A DNA stretch of 64,000 nucleotides from an uncultured bacterium. Its GTDB lineage: Bacteria; Zixibacteria; MSB-5A5; CAIYYT01. How positions within the stretch are numbered: position 1 is the stretch's first letter; every line of letters begins with the position of its first letter. A model generated the notes under the pieces. That model had not been told where the DNA came from and made no database searches. It worked only from the letters and a program-made list of their open reading frames with translations. This document shows positions 19,913-29,354 of this stretch, one piece after another. Location: assembly GCA_963726455.1 (NCBI GenBank), contig CAVSCK010000003.1:736001-800000 (forward strand), in the 5' to 3' direction. The translations under genes were made by a program, and so were the position numbers.

Positions 19913-20749
19913 ATGAAATCACTGTGCATTTTCCTGCTATGCCTGCTAATGTCTTATCCCTCAAACATATTAGGCCAGGCGCGCAAAGACCGGCCGTCAG
20001 GTCTGGCGCTCACCGTAATAAACGACTCGGCTTACTCCTGGCGTGCCTTGAGTACACCGCACTTCCGTCTGCACTATCTCGCCAAGACCTATGCCGCAGT
20101 ACATCTTCGTGAACTGGCATCCGGCTTGGAGGATGCCCGCACCAATGCGTTGAAGATTCTGGAAGAAGGGGCTTTCGATTCTAAAATTGACGTTTTGTTC
20201 TTCTCGTCACCCGAAGAGATCGAGCGATTCACTCATAAACTGGTCCGAGCACGCAGTGATGAGTCGTCCCGAACCATATTACTGGCCGTAACGGCGCCCG
20301 TTAAATTCGCGATCAGGCAGGAAGTTATGCGCGTGATCAGCTATAACCTCTGGAGATCGCCTAACGAGGCAGCCAACAATGGCTTCATGTCCCAGGGTCT
20401 CGCCACATGGGCCGGTTCCCCTTGCGGTGAGAAGAGCGTCGATGAAATCGCTGCCTACATTCTCAAGGGAGGAAAGCCGGTGGAAATTGATTCTCTCGCG
20501 ACCAGGTTCGGCGCTTATCCCGACACCACTTCATCATTTCAGGCTGCTAGTTTTCTCGGCTATCTCATCCGCACATTCGGTACTGCAAAACTGCACGCTC
20601 TGTGGACGGAAGGTTTTGAGGAATTTCCGGCCGTTTTCGGCAAAGACCTGAAGGCCGTCAGCAGCGAATGGCGTACGAAGCTATTGAAAGATTATCCAAG
20701 TCCGAAAGTCGAGTGGAATCGCATCACCGAAAAGGGATGCGACCAATAG
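19913..20749 (+). CDS. secreted peptidase MA-like protein with degenerate metal site
   Basis: Signal peptide, TPHFRLHY, RQEVMR / SQGLA in place of HExxH / EG, AASFLGYLIRTFG. Confidence 0.65.
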   Translation: MKSLCIFLLCLLMSYPSNILGQARKDRPSGLALTVINDSAYSWRALSTPHFRLHYLAKTYAAVHLRELASGLEDARTNALKILEEGAFDSKIDVLFFSSPEEIERFTHKLVRARSDESSRTILLAVTAPVKFAIRQEVMRVISYNLWRSPNEAANNGFMSQGLATWAGSPCGEKSVDEIAAYILKGGKPVEIDSLATRFGAYPDTTSSFQAASFLGYLIRTFGTAKLHALWTEGFEEFPAVFGKDLKAVSSEWRTKLLKDYPSPKVEWNRITEKGCDQ

Positions 20750-20866
20750 AAGGAATCGCGGAAGCTCGGCGCCAGTCAATGCTGCATTTGCTTACGTGAT
20801 CGGGACGCCGTCATTTGGCGGCTGATCGCTTGACTAGGGAGTCAGATTAGCATATATATAGTTGTC

Positions 20867-21544
20867 ATGTCCGGCACGCACACCCATCCCCATACTCACG
20901 ATCATGTCCACCCGCATTCCCACGCGCGGGTTCATGAGCGCAAAACTCGTCTTGTCGTTTACCTCACTGCCGTCACAATGGTCGCGGAAATTATCTTCGG
21001 ATATTACACTAATTCGATGGCTCTGCTGGCCGATGGTTGGCACATGTCGTCACATGCGCTGGCACTGGGTCTCTCCTGGGTGGCCTATGTCCTCACACGC
21101 CGCCACGCCGAAAATCCGCACTTTCGCAACGGCACCGCCAAGATCCTGTCGCTCGCCGGATACACTAGTGCTCTTCTTCTGCAAGTAATAGCGATCTGGA
21201 TGGCGGTCGAATCAACGCGGCGCTTCTTCAACCCGGTGGCGATAAAATTCCACGAAGCGATCTTTGTTGCCGTGGTCGGCTTGCTTGTCAATGGCCTCAG
21301 CGCTGTCCTGCTGCATCACAAGCAGGAACACGGTGACCACAACATTCGCTCGGCATACTTGCATGTTCTCGCCGACGGCCTGACCAGCGTGACTGCCATA
21401 ATTGCGTTGACAGCCGGGATGTTTTGGAAGCTGTATGCACTTGATCCCATCTCAGGAATCATATCGTCGGTGATTATCACGCGCTGGGCCATCGGATTGG
21501 CGATAAACTCGGGCAAGGATTTACTCGACTATCACAAGGACTGA
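20867..21544 (+). CDS. CDF family metal efflux transporter (DmeF-like, no C-terminal domain)
   Basis: His-rich N-terminus, SMALLADGWHM, NIRSAYLHVLAD. Confidence 0.9.
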   Translation: MSGTHTHPHTHDHVHPHSHARVHERKTRLVVYLTAVTMVAEIIFGYYTNSMALLADGWHMSSHALALGLSWVAYVLTRRHAENPHFRNGTAKILSLAGYTSALLLQVIAIWMAVESTRRFFNPVAIKFHEAIFVAVVGLLVNGLSAVLLHHKQEHGDHNIRSAYLHVLADGLTSVTAIIALTAGMFWKLYALDPISGIISSVIITRWAIGLAINSGKDLLDYHKD

Positions 21545-21762
21545 CGCAAGGGTGCTGTCATGATCGGCATACCAGCCGGTCGATCCCGGTCGAATTTAGA
21601 CTTGACAGTGTACGTTGCTTCGCTATATTGAATCCGCTGTTAAGAATGACAGAGCAACTTTAGTTACTTACAAATCATTTTCACAGGTTAGCATCAGATC
21701 GATTCTTCGCTAACGTTTTAGACTTTCATCTTAAGGGAGGAACCCCAATCAGAGGAGGTTTT

Positions 21763-23259
21763 ATGTCTAAACGTTGCTCCCCGCTTTCCAGATGCCTGAC
21801 ACTGCCAGGCACGGCCTTTGCACTTTTGCTGCTGGTTGTTCTCACTTTCCACACTGGTGGTCTGGCCAGCGAGTGCACGTTAGGTACGCCGACGGTGTAT
21901 ATCATGAGTCAAGGTGATGTGGCTCTCGGGTCAGTGTTCGATCTCGGCATCGGTATGTGCAATGACACAACACTCGCGCATGGTTTTGGCGGTTTTGACC
22001 TCCTGATCACTTATGATCCGCAAGCTTTGACTTTTCTCGGAGCGTCGAAGGGAGCTTTGCTTGATTCGTGCGGATGGGAGTATCTGGAATATAGGCAAGG
22101 ATTATTGGTCCCGGGTAAATATGCTGTGCGGATCGTGGCCGTAGCCGACACAGGCAATGACGGGAATCACCCCAGTTGTCATCTGGAAGGCAGGCTCGGC
22201 GAGTTAGCTTCACTACAATTCCGCATGACTTCTGACTCGGCCTATATGTTCAACAACATAACTTATGCCAGTTTCTACTGGAACGATTGCGGAGACAATG
22301 TCCTGATATCTCCCGCGAATGATTCAGTCTTCTTGTCGAAAGGAGTGACGGATTGGGGCGGTGGTCCCTATCCGCCACCTTCGAGTCTTGGCACGACGCA
22401 TGGCGCACCGGATACGTGTCTCCAAACTTCGTCTGGGCGAATCCCTTTTCGCCTGACTTATTTCATGGCCGGGTTCGTGAACACGTGGCCGCATTCCGAC
22501 TCGATTTCTCCTCGGGGAGATCTCAATCTTAACGGCATCGCCTACGAAATCGCCGACTTTCTCGTGTACGAAAACTATTTTCTCCATGGTCTGGATGCGC
22601 TGCCTGAAATAGGCCGTGCTATGTCCATCGCGGCTTCCGATATCAATGCCGACGGGGCAACTCTAACTTATCGAGATCTGGTATACATGCAGAAGATTAT
22701 CGTCGGCGACACCCTGCCCAACCCGAAGCAATTCAATGGGAAGGCAATTACGGCGCGATTTTTTCAGGACACAACGGCACATACGATTGGCTCGAGTTCT
22801 CCTGCAGGTCTGGCGGGTGCATACATGTTGGTTAAGGGCGACATTATCCCTACCTTCGTCATTCCAGCCGGAATGGCTCAGAACTATTACTTTGATGGCG
22901 TCTATACCCGCATTGTCATTGTCGGAAGTATGAGTATGCCGTATGCCACTGGAACTTGGCTGACTTACCAGGGCAATGGCACACTGGAATATGTCTCGAC
23001 CACTGACTGGCATAACGCGGAGATGATCGCCCAAATCAACGGTGATATTTTCAATTGCGGCGACTTCAACGGTGACGGCGGCCTCGACATTTCAGATGCA
23101 GTTTATCTTATCTATTTCATCTTCAGCGGTGGCCCGTCCCCTCTTGATAATCGGTATGGCGACATCAACTGCGACGGTGTCTGTGACATCAGCGACGCTG
23201 TGTACCTGATGCAGTTCATCTTCGCAGGCGGGGCAGTTCCCTGCGCTAGCTGTAAATAG
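21763..23259 (+). CDS. secreted cohesin-like domain plus two dockerin-type domains
   Basis: GFGGFDLLITYDPQALTF...LASLQF (cohesin-like); GDLNLNG..EIAD/DINADG...DLVY; CGDFNGDGGLDISDAVYLI...GDINCDGVCDISDAVYL. Confidence 0.75.
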   Translation: MSKRCSPLSRCLTLPGTAFALLLLVVLTFHTGGLASECTLGTPTVYIMSQGDVALGSVFDLGIGMCNDTTLAHGFGGFDLLITYDPQALTFLGASKGALLDSCGWEYLEYRQGLLVPGKYAVRIVAVADTGNDGNHPSCHLEGRLGELASLQFRMTSDSAYMFNNITYASFYWNDCGDNVLISPANDSVFLSKGVTDWGGGPYPPPSSLGTTHGAPDTCLQTSSGRIPFRLTYFMAGFVNTWPHSDSISPRGDLNLNGIAYEIADFLVYENYFLHGLDALPEIGRAMSIAASDINADGATLTYRDLVYMQKIIVGDTLPNPKQFNGKAITARFFQDTTAHTIGSSSPAGLAGAYMLVKGDIIPTFVIPAGMAQNYYFDGVYTRIVIVGSMSMPYATGTWLTYQGNGTLEYVSTTDWHNAEMIAQINGDIFNCGDFNGDGGLDISDAVYLIYFIFSGGPSPLDNRYGDINCDGVCDISDAVYLMQFIFAGGAVPCASCK

Positions 23260-23278
23260 TAGACGAAAATTCCCTGGA

Positions 23279-23303
23279 GCGGCCGGATTCGGCCGCCCCT
23301 TTC
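23279..23303 (+). terminator. putative terminator hairpin
   Basis: GCGGCCG-GATT-CGGCCGC followed by a pyrimidine run. Confidence 0.5.
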
Positions 23304-23383
23304 ACTTTCCAGACCTATATTCGCACCAATCGACTAACAAAAAATCGTTGCCGTATCGATTCCGAGACGATATCGTCACATCG

Positions 23384-24412
23384 ATGTCTGATTACGATCG
23401 ATCTCAGCAGTTTGCCGCAGTCGACGACCCGCAGTTGCCGGAACGGTTTCAGAACTATGCTCTCGATAAGAATGTAATCGGCGAGGGCCCGGCCAGTTTC
23501 TCGTATCGTGCCACTCGCATTGACGGCAATCGCGAAGTGCGTCTGAAAGTGCTGCGCAAGCGCGTTTGTGAGTTGCCGGCAATTGCCGAGGTTTTTCAGC
23601 AACTGAAGCTGGCACAGCCGCAATTCACGGGTGATAACATCCTGAGATTCACGGGCGCAACGGTTCACAACGGCATACTGATCTTCGAATATGAATACTT
23701 CGATTCTCTAAGTCTGCGTTCCGTGATGGACACCGACGCGCCATTCCATCCCGACCTGGTTGCGCTTCTGGCCATGGAAATCATTTGCGGACTCAATCAA
23801 ATCCACGGCGTCCGCCCCTCTCCCGGCTTGGGAAGTCTCGTCCCCTTACATCGAAATCTCAAACCGGAAAATGTGCTGGTATCTTCGACGGGTTGGGCAA
23901 AGCTGACCGACATCGGCATGATTGATGTCCCGGTATACTGCGATGCTGCGCGACTGGGCCTTCCCTACGACAATCGTGTTTATCAGTCGCCGGAGCAACT
24001 GTTGCGCGATGGGTACGCCGACCGCCGCACCGATGTCTATGCGCTCGGACTGATCATGCTGGAAATGGCAACCGCACGATTTCCGTTCCGAGGCGTTGAC
24101 ATCTTCGAAGTCCGACAGAACATCAGAGAGAACCATCGTGAACCGTCTGATTCACTTTATCCCGCCACTCGCGACCGCAATCGTCGTGAACTAATGCATG
24201 ATCTCGGGAAGATCGTCGAAAGAATGATATCGACCGATTCTGAAAAGCGAATTCAGAGTCTGGTCGACGTTGAGGGATCCCTGATTCGCTACCTCGACGG
24301 CTCCAACTACTCGAATCGAAATCGCGCGATTGCCGACTTTCTCAAGGCGCGCTCATTCGAGGTCCAACGTCTGCGCAAACGTGGATTTATCGAGCGTCTG
24401 TTCGGTGGCTGA
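23384..24412 (+). CDS. Ser/Thr protein kinase-like protein (probable pseudokinase)
   Basis: IGEG, VRLKVL, HRNLKPEN, KLTDIG, YQSPEQ, DVYALG. Confidence 0.85.
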   Translation: MSDYDRSQQFAAVDDPQLPERFQNYALDKNVIGEGPASFSYRATRIDGNREVRLKVLRKRVCELPAIAEVFQQLKLAQPQFTGDNILRFTGATVHNGILIFEYEYFDSLSLRSVMDTDAPFHPDLVALLAMEIICGLNQIHGVRPSPGLGSLVPLHRNLKPENVLVSSTGWAKLTDIGMIDVPVYCDAARLGLPYDNRVYQSPEQLLRDGYADRRTDVYALGLIMLEMATARFPFRGVDIFEVRQNIRENHREPSDSLYPATRDRNRRELMHDLGKIVERMISTDSEKRIQSLVDVEGSLIRYLDGSNYSNRNRAIADFLKARSFEVQRLRKRGFIERLFGG

Positions 24413-24499
24413 TTCGAATGTACTATTTGCTGTTCAACGGGAGAGAGGGCATACCAAGAATTGACTTGACCATTTTACTTTGGAATTATTATTAGCAGT

Positions 24500-25066
24500 A
24501 TGATACGATTGATTGTTGGTCTCGGAAATCCTGGCAAAGGTTATGCTCGTACACGGCACAATCTCGGATTCATGGTTGTAGACAGCATGATCGACAAGAA
24601 GCGGGGCCGGTTCGCGGTCCAGAAGAACGACTACCATTTGGCCGTGCTGCGCCTGCGAAGCGAACAAGTCAACTTCGCCAAACCGATGACCTTCATGAAC
24701 TTATCTGGAAAAGCGGTTAAGACACTGTTGGCATTCCTGGAGATTAAGTCCCAGGCAATGCTGGTAATTTGTGATGATTTCGCCCTGCCGTTCGGTAAGG
24801 TACGTGTACGGCTCAGTGGCTCGGATGGTGGCCATAATGGACTGGCTTCGATCATCGAAGAGATTGGAACCGATGACTTTCCGCGGCTTCGCATGGGGAT
24901 TGGACCGTTGCCCGAAGGCGTTGCGGCTCACGAGTTCGTGCTGGAACAATTTTCACCGGAAGAGGTTGACAATCTCGAGTCGTTTGTTAAATTGGGGGCC
25001 ACTTGCGTCGAGACAGCAATCTACAGCGGGCTGACTGATGCAATGAACAAATACAACGGTTTATAG
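24500..25066 (+). CDS. pth: peptidyl-tRNA hydrolase
   Basis: LIVGLGNPG..Y..TRHNLGF, KPMTFMNLSG, GGHNGL. Confidence 0.97.
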   Translation: MIRLIVGLGNPGKGYARTRHNLGFMVVDSMIDKKRGRFAVQKNDYHLAVLRLRSEQVNFAKPMTFMNLSGKAVKTLLAFLEIKSQAMLVICDDFALPFGKVRVRLSGSDGGHNGLASIIEEIGTDDFPRLRMGIGPLPEGVAAHEFVLEQFSPEEVDNLESFVKLGATCVETAIYSGLTDAMNKYNGL

Positions 25067-25069
25067 CCG

Positions 25070-25128
25070 TTCCCTGTCTTCCGGAAATACCGGAAGACCT
25101 ATGGTTTCAACTATAGTCCGGAGGGAGG
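25070..25128 (+). ncRNA. rpsF leader, S6:S18-binding motif-like
   Basis: TCCCT pairs with the SD-containing AGGGA, enclosing two hairpins; unpaired CCG (25118-25120) just before the SD helix. Confidence 0.6.
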
Positions 25129-25134
25129 TCATTC

Positions 25135-25527
25135 TTGCGACTTTACGAAACCACATTCATTACCGACGCACAGCTTTCCGACAACGAAATCGAATCCGAA
25201 GTTAGGAAGGTCGAGGAATTAATCACGGCCAATGGTGGCGAGATCGTCGAGATCCAGCGCTGGGGCATTCGTCGACTTGCTTACGAGATCAAGCACAAGC
25301 GTCAGGGCTTCTACACACATTTCCTTTATCGCGGCGAGACCGGCATGCCTGCCATCATCGAAAGCGCCTTCAAAGTTAACGAGCGAATCGTTCGTTTTCT
25401 GACGGTCGTTTCCGAAGTGGATCTTGAGGAGCGCCAGCAGCAGAAGGAAGCGCTTGAAGCGGCGGCCGCGAAGGTCGTTATCCCGCCGGTCGTCGAAGAA
25501 GGCGAAGCGGGCGAAGCAGAAATCTGA
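25135..25527 (+). CDS. rpsF: 30S ribosomal protein S6
   Basis: RLYET.FI, WGIRRLAYEI, IVRFL; TTG start after GGAGG. Confidence 0.97.
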   Translation: MRLYETTFITDAQLSDNEIESEVRKVEELITANGGEIVEIQRWGIRRLAYEIKHKRQGFYTHFLYRGETGMPAIIESAFKVNERIVRFLTVVSEVDLEERQQQKEALEAAAAKVVIPPVVEEGEAGEAEI

Positions 25528-25554
25528 CACTCAATCTTGGGAGAATAGTGAATC

Positions 25555-25791
25555 ATGGCTGAAGGATTTGATAGAAGACGGCGGAAACCGTGCCGTCTGT
25601 GCGAAAACAAGATCAAGAGCATTGATTATAAAGACGATAAGTTACTGCGCCGATTCATGTTGGAGCGCGGCAAAATTGTGCCTCGGCGCGTCACGGGGAA
25701 TTGCGCCAAGCATCAACGGATGTTGACTACCGCGATCAAACGCGCCCGTCACATTGCGCTGCTGCCTTACACGGCGGACACTTATCGTTAG
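25555..25791 (+). CDS. rpsR: 30S ribosomal protein S18 (Zn-binding form)
   Basis: [27 protein letters not shown]. Confidence 0.98.
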   Translation: MAEGFDRRRRKPCRLCENKIKSIDYKDDKLLRRFMLERGKIVPRRVTGNCAKHQRMLTTAIKRARHIALLPYTADTYR

Positions 25792-25804
25792 CTCCGGCGT
25801 GGCG

Positions 25805-26722
25805 ATGCTGACGGACGACGGACATCGAATCGAATATGTCTGCGCGTTGGCAATTGCGCTGGCGTTCCCGCTTTCATTCAGGTTTCCCCCACTCCTGATG
25901 TTATCGACGTTGGGGATCAGCGGCATGTACTATCTCTGGTTCGCGCGACAATACTGGCTTCTGGGTCTGGCGTCGACGCTGTCAGTGATGGGAGTGTTTG
26001 CCTGGAGGGGATTCGTGCCGGGATTGCTGCTGGCCGGAGGAATAATAGTCCCGACGATGATTATGGTTGTATTAAGACGACGAGGGCTTGGATCTGCAGC
26101 CTCAGTAGCTGCCGCCGTGGTAGTGCCGTTGGGTGCATTGGCAATCAACTACCAGTTTCTAAGTCGGATGCTCGCGTTTCTGGCAGAGGAAATGCGCCGC
26201 ACCGCTATCACGACAGTTGCGCCGGGAGTTTACACTCCGGACCAGCAGCGGTTGCTGATGAACACGTTTGGTCAACTGGCCGACAAGCTCCCGTACTACT
26301 TCCCGGCGACTCTGGTTTTCCTGATCGTATCCTTGTTCGCGATCGGCCTGATCGTCGGTAATCACATTGTGCGGATCAAGGGAGTATTCGCCCGGCCGAT
26401 AACCGACTTTTCGTTCTGGAAAATGCCTGAATGGGCGGTGATACCGGTCGGGATCGTGGCGATAATGGTGTTGACTAATCACCCCCTGTTAGCGATTATT
26501 GGCTGGAACGCGCTGCTGTTTCTGGCAGTGCTGTATTCAGTTTGCGGCTTATCGCTCGTCGAGTATGCGTTGCGAATGCGCCATGCGCCGACCGCGATTA
26601 GAGTTGCTGTATATGTGCTTCTGTTTTTGACGCAGTTGGTGGCGGGGATTCTCCTGCCGCTGCTGGCGTTGTTCGACTCGAAATTTGATTTCCGCAAAAT
26701 TCGGGCAAAACAGCTGGGTTAA
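25805..26722 (+). CDS. YybS/DUF2232 membrane protein
   Basis: Multi-TM, FSFWKMPEW, LFDSKFDFRK; position between rpsR and rplI. Confidence 0.85.
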   Translation: MLTDDGHRIEYVCALAIALAFPLSFRFPPLLMLSTLGISGMYYLWFARQYWLLGLASTLSVMGVFAWRGFVPGLLLAGGIIVPTMIMVVLRRRGLGSAASVAAAVVVPLGALAINYQFLSRMLAFLAEEMRRTAITTVAPGVYTPDQQRLLMNTFGQLADKLPYYFPATLVFLIVSLFAIGLIVGNHIVRIKGVFARPITDFSFWKMPEWAVIPVGIVAIMVLTNHPLLAIIGWNALLFLAVLYSVCGLSLVEYALRMRHAPTAIRVAVYVLLFLTQLVAGILLPLLALFDSKFDFRKIRAKQLG

Positions 26723-26756
26723 CACGTAAAAAGAATGAGTAATAGGAGATATAGCG

Positions 26757-27206
26757 ATGAAGGTGATCCTGAAAGAAGATGTCGATACTCTCGGCAAGTG
26801 CGGTGAGGTTGTGGAAGTGAAATCCGGCTACGGGCGCAATTTCCTGCTCCCGCGCAATCTGGCAATTTCGGCCACCAAAGGTAATATGCACGCGATTGAA
26901 GAGCTGCGCAGCCAGCAGCAACTGCGCCAGGCAAAGGTGCGCCGCGCGGCCGAAACGATCAAGTCGCGCATCGAAAAAGCGTCCTGCACCGCCGAAGTGA
27001 ATGTCGGCGAGGATGACAAAGTATTCGGTTCCGTAACTGCTCAAGCGATCGCCGATCTGCTGGCAACGCAGGGCATCGAGATTGACCGCAAGAAAATCAT
27101 GCTGGAAGAACCACTGAAAGCATTGGGTGTCTATACGATTCCGGTAAAGATTGCCTCCGAAGTGACGGCGAATCTCAAAGTTTGGGTGGTCAAGAAGGTC
27201 GAATGA
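26757..27206 (+). CDS. rplI: 50S ribosomal protein L9
   Basis: MKVILKEDV..LG..G.VVEVKSGYGRNFLLP, KVFGSVT. Confidence 0.98.
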   Translation: MKVILKEDVDTLGKCGEVVEVKSGYGRNFLLPRNLAISATKGNMHAIEELRSQQQLRQAKVRRAAETIKSRIEKASCTAEVNVGEDDKVFGSVTAQAIADLLATQGIEIDRKKIMLEEPLKALGVYTIPVKIASEVTANLKVWVVKKVE

Positions 27207-27697
27207 GCAAGGAAATGCTCCCTGCGAAGATTCACGGACTGGCTCTGGATACAGCGTCCAAGTCGCCGGTTGTGATACTCGCCGCCGAAGGTACCGACAA
27301 AGTTCTGCCGATCTGGATCGGACACTTCGAGGCCTGGGCAATCGCCATGGAGCTTTCCCAAATCAAGTCCAAGCGTCCACTCACCCATGACTTGATCGCT
27401 TCCGTTATCACCGAGCTGAAAGGCAAGGTTGAGAAAGTGGAGGTTACCGAATTGAAGGAACAAACCTTTTACGCCCGCATCTATATTTCCTGTGAGGGCG
27501 AGACCAGACAGATCGACGCTCGCCCTTCAGACTCTATCGCCATCGCGCTCAAGACCGGAGCGCCGATCTTCGTTGCCTCGGACTTGTTTAACATCCGTGA
27601 GGATGCCGGACTGCCGGAGCGGATAAACGATCCGGAAAACCTGAAAGAACGGCTGCGCAACATCAACCCCGAAGATTTTGGCAAGTATTCCCTCTAG
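27203..27697 (+). CDS. bifunctional nuclease family (DUF151) protein
   Basis: LPIWIG.FEA.AI, RPLTHDL, DARPSDSIAIAL. Confidence 0.95.
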   Translation: MSKEMLPAKIHGLALDTASKSPVVILAAEGTDKVLPIWIGHFEAWAIAMELSQIKSKRPLTHDLIASVITELKGKVEKVEVTELKEQTFYARIYISCEGETRQIDARPSDSIAIALKTGAPIFVASDLFNIREDAGLPERINDPENLKERLRNINPEDFGKYSL

Positions 27698-27767
27698 ATC
27701 GGCACCGATGGCGACGGCCGATATCCCTTTGACGTTCGCGTAAGTTACGCGAATGGAGCCACCAGCG

Positions 27768-28622
27768 ATGAGTAATCTGACCGCGACACACGAAGCATTG
27801 AAGACCAAGTACGATACGCTCAAGACGATTCTGCGGTCGTACGAACGGGTCGTGATCGCGTTTTCCGGTGGCTTGGATTCATCTTTCCTGCTCTATGCCG
27901 CCATTGAGACACTGGGAGCGACTAATACGATCGCTGCCATCGGCATTTCCGAATCACTGGCGCGTTCTGAATACGAATCAGGGAGACAGTTCGCATTAGG
28001 TCTGGGACTGCCCGCGGATCACATTATGGAAATCGAAACGGCCGAACTCAGTGATCCGGACTACGTGCAGAATTCGCCCAACCGCTGCTTCTTCTGCAAA
28101 ACGGAACTGTTCCAGAAACTCAATGAGCTGGCTGAGAAATCCAAATTGATGGTTGTCTGCGACGGCGCCAACGCCTCCGATATCGGCGACTTCCGCCCCG
28201 GCATGAAAGCGGCCAAGGAAAAGAAAGTCAGATCCCCGCTGTTGGAGGCCGGGTTGTCGAAGGATGAGATTCGCGAACTGGCGAAGGGATTCGGGTTGTC
28301 GATCTGGGATAAACCGCAGTCGGCGTGCCTTGCCTCAAGGATACCATACGGCTCACAAGTGACGCGAGAGAAACTGGGACAGATAGAACAAGCCGAAGAG
28401 TATTTGCGCTCGCTCGGATTTCGGCAATTGCGCGTGCGGCACCATGACACAGTAGCGCGGATCGAATTGCCGCTGGAGGATTTACCCAGACTACTTGGAA
28501 ACGGCATCGGTGAAAAGATCGTTGAGCGTTTTCGCGAAATCGGTTTCCTGTTTTCCACTGTCGACCTGGCCGGATTTAAGTCGGGCGGCATGAACGTAAT
28601 GTTGAAAGGCGAAAAGAAATGA
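27768..28622 (+). CDS. larE: ATP-dependent sulfur transferase LarE
   Basis: AFSGGLDS PP-loop, RCFFCK, FRPGMKA, KPQSACLASRIPYG, QLRVRHH. Confidence 0.93.
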   Translation: MSNLTATHEALKTKYDTLKTILRSYERVVIAFSGGLDSSFLLYAAIETLGATNTIAAIGISESLARSEYESGRQFALGLGLPADHIMEIETAELSDPDYVQNSPNRCFFCKTELFQKLNELAEKSKLMVVCDGANASDIGDFRPGMKAAKEKKVRSPLLEAGLSKDEIRELAKGFGLSIWDKPQSACLASRIPYGSQVTREKLGQIEQAEEYLRSLGFRQLRVRHHDTVARIELPLEDLPRLLGNGIGEKIVERFREIGFLFSTVDLAGFKSGGMNVMLKGEKK

Positions 28623-28834
28623 CGGATCAGCAGAAACCAAACATCGCTATGAAAATGGTGGTTGACGGCGTAGAGCACTGTATCACCTTCGAGGAATTGA
28701 CGCTTTCGAATAATCTGGCGCAGGAAGCACTCGTGAGTCTGTTGATCAAGAAACAACTGATCCAGGGGCAGGAACTTCTCGATGAAATCTCCCGCATCCG
28801 CAAGGAGCGCTATCATCCTGAGCCGGAGAAGTAG
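28619..28834 (+). CDS. hypothetical protein
   Basis: ATGA overlap with larE stop; amphipathic helical 71 aa. Confidence 0.7.
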   Translation: MTDQQKPNIAMKMVVDGVEHCITFEELTLSNNLAQEALVSLLIKKQLIQGQELLDEISRIRKERYHPEPEK

Positions 28835-28854
28835 TCGAACCGGCTGGTATAGGA

Positions 28855-29328
28855 ATGACTGAACAATCGTCGCAAAATTCAGGGAGCGCTACCGCGCCGG
28901 CAGTGCCGGAAACGCCGCTGTTGACCTGGTCCACGCATCCGGCTAAGACCCGACCCACATTAACGGTGGGCGTAATAGCTCTTCTTCTGCTTTTGGTAGC
29001 GATCGTTTACTTTCTTACGAAAACACCATTGTTCACAGTCATGGCCGCGCTGTTGCTATACGGATCGCTCACACAATTCTTCACGTCGACGACTTTCGAA
29101 TTTACGAATTCGAAAATTCGTGTGAACTACATCGTGAACAAAGTAGAAAAGGATTGGTCGCAATACCGATCATATTATACTGACAAGAACGGTGTTCTGC
29201 TATCACCTTTCCCGGGGCCGTCACGACTGGAAAATTTCCGCGGCCTGTACGTGCGATTTGCCGGTAACAAGGATCAGGTGATGGCAATCGTCCGGCAAAA
29301 AATAAACTACGTCCCTGAAAAGGACTGA
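28855..29328 (+). CDS. hypothetical membrane protein
   Basis: Two TM segments followed by NGVLLSPF..PSRLENFRG. Confidence 0.75.
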   Translation: MTEQSSQNSGSATAPAVPETPLLTWSTHPAKTRPTLTVGVIALLLLLVAIVYFLTKTPLFTVMAALLLYGSLTQFFTSTTFEFTNSKIRVNYIVNKVEKDWSQYRSYYTDKNGVLLSPFPGPSRLENFRGLYVRFAGNKDQVMAIVRQKINYVPEKD

Positions 29329-29354
29329 CCAGCATCCGAGGTTGAACCGATACT

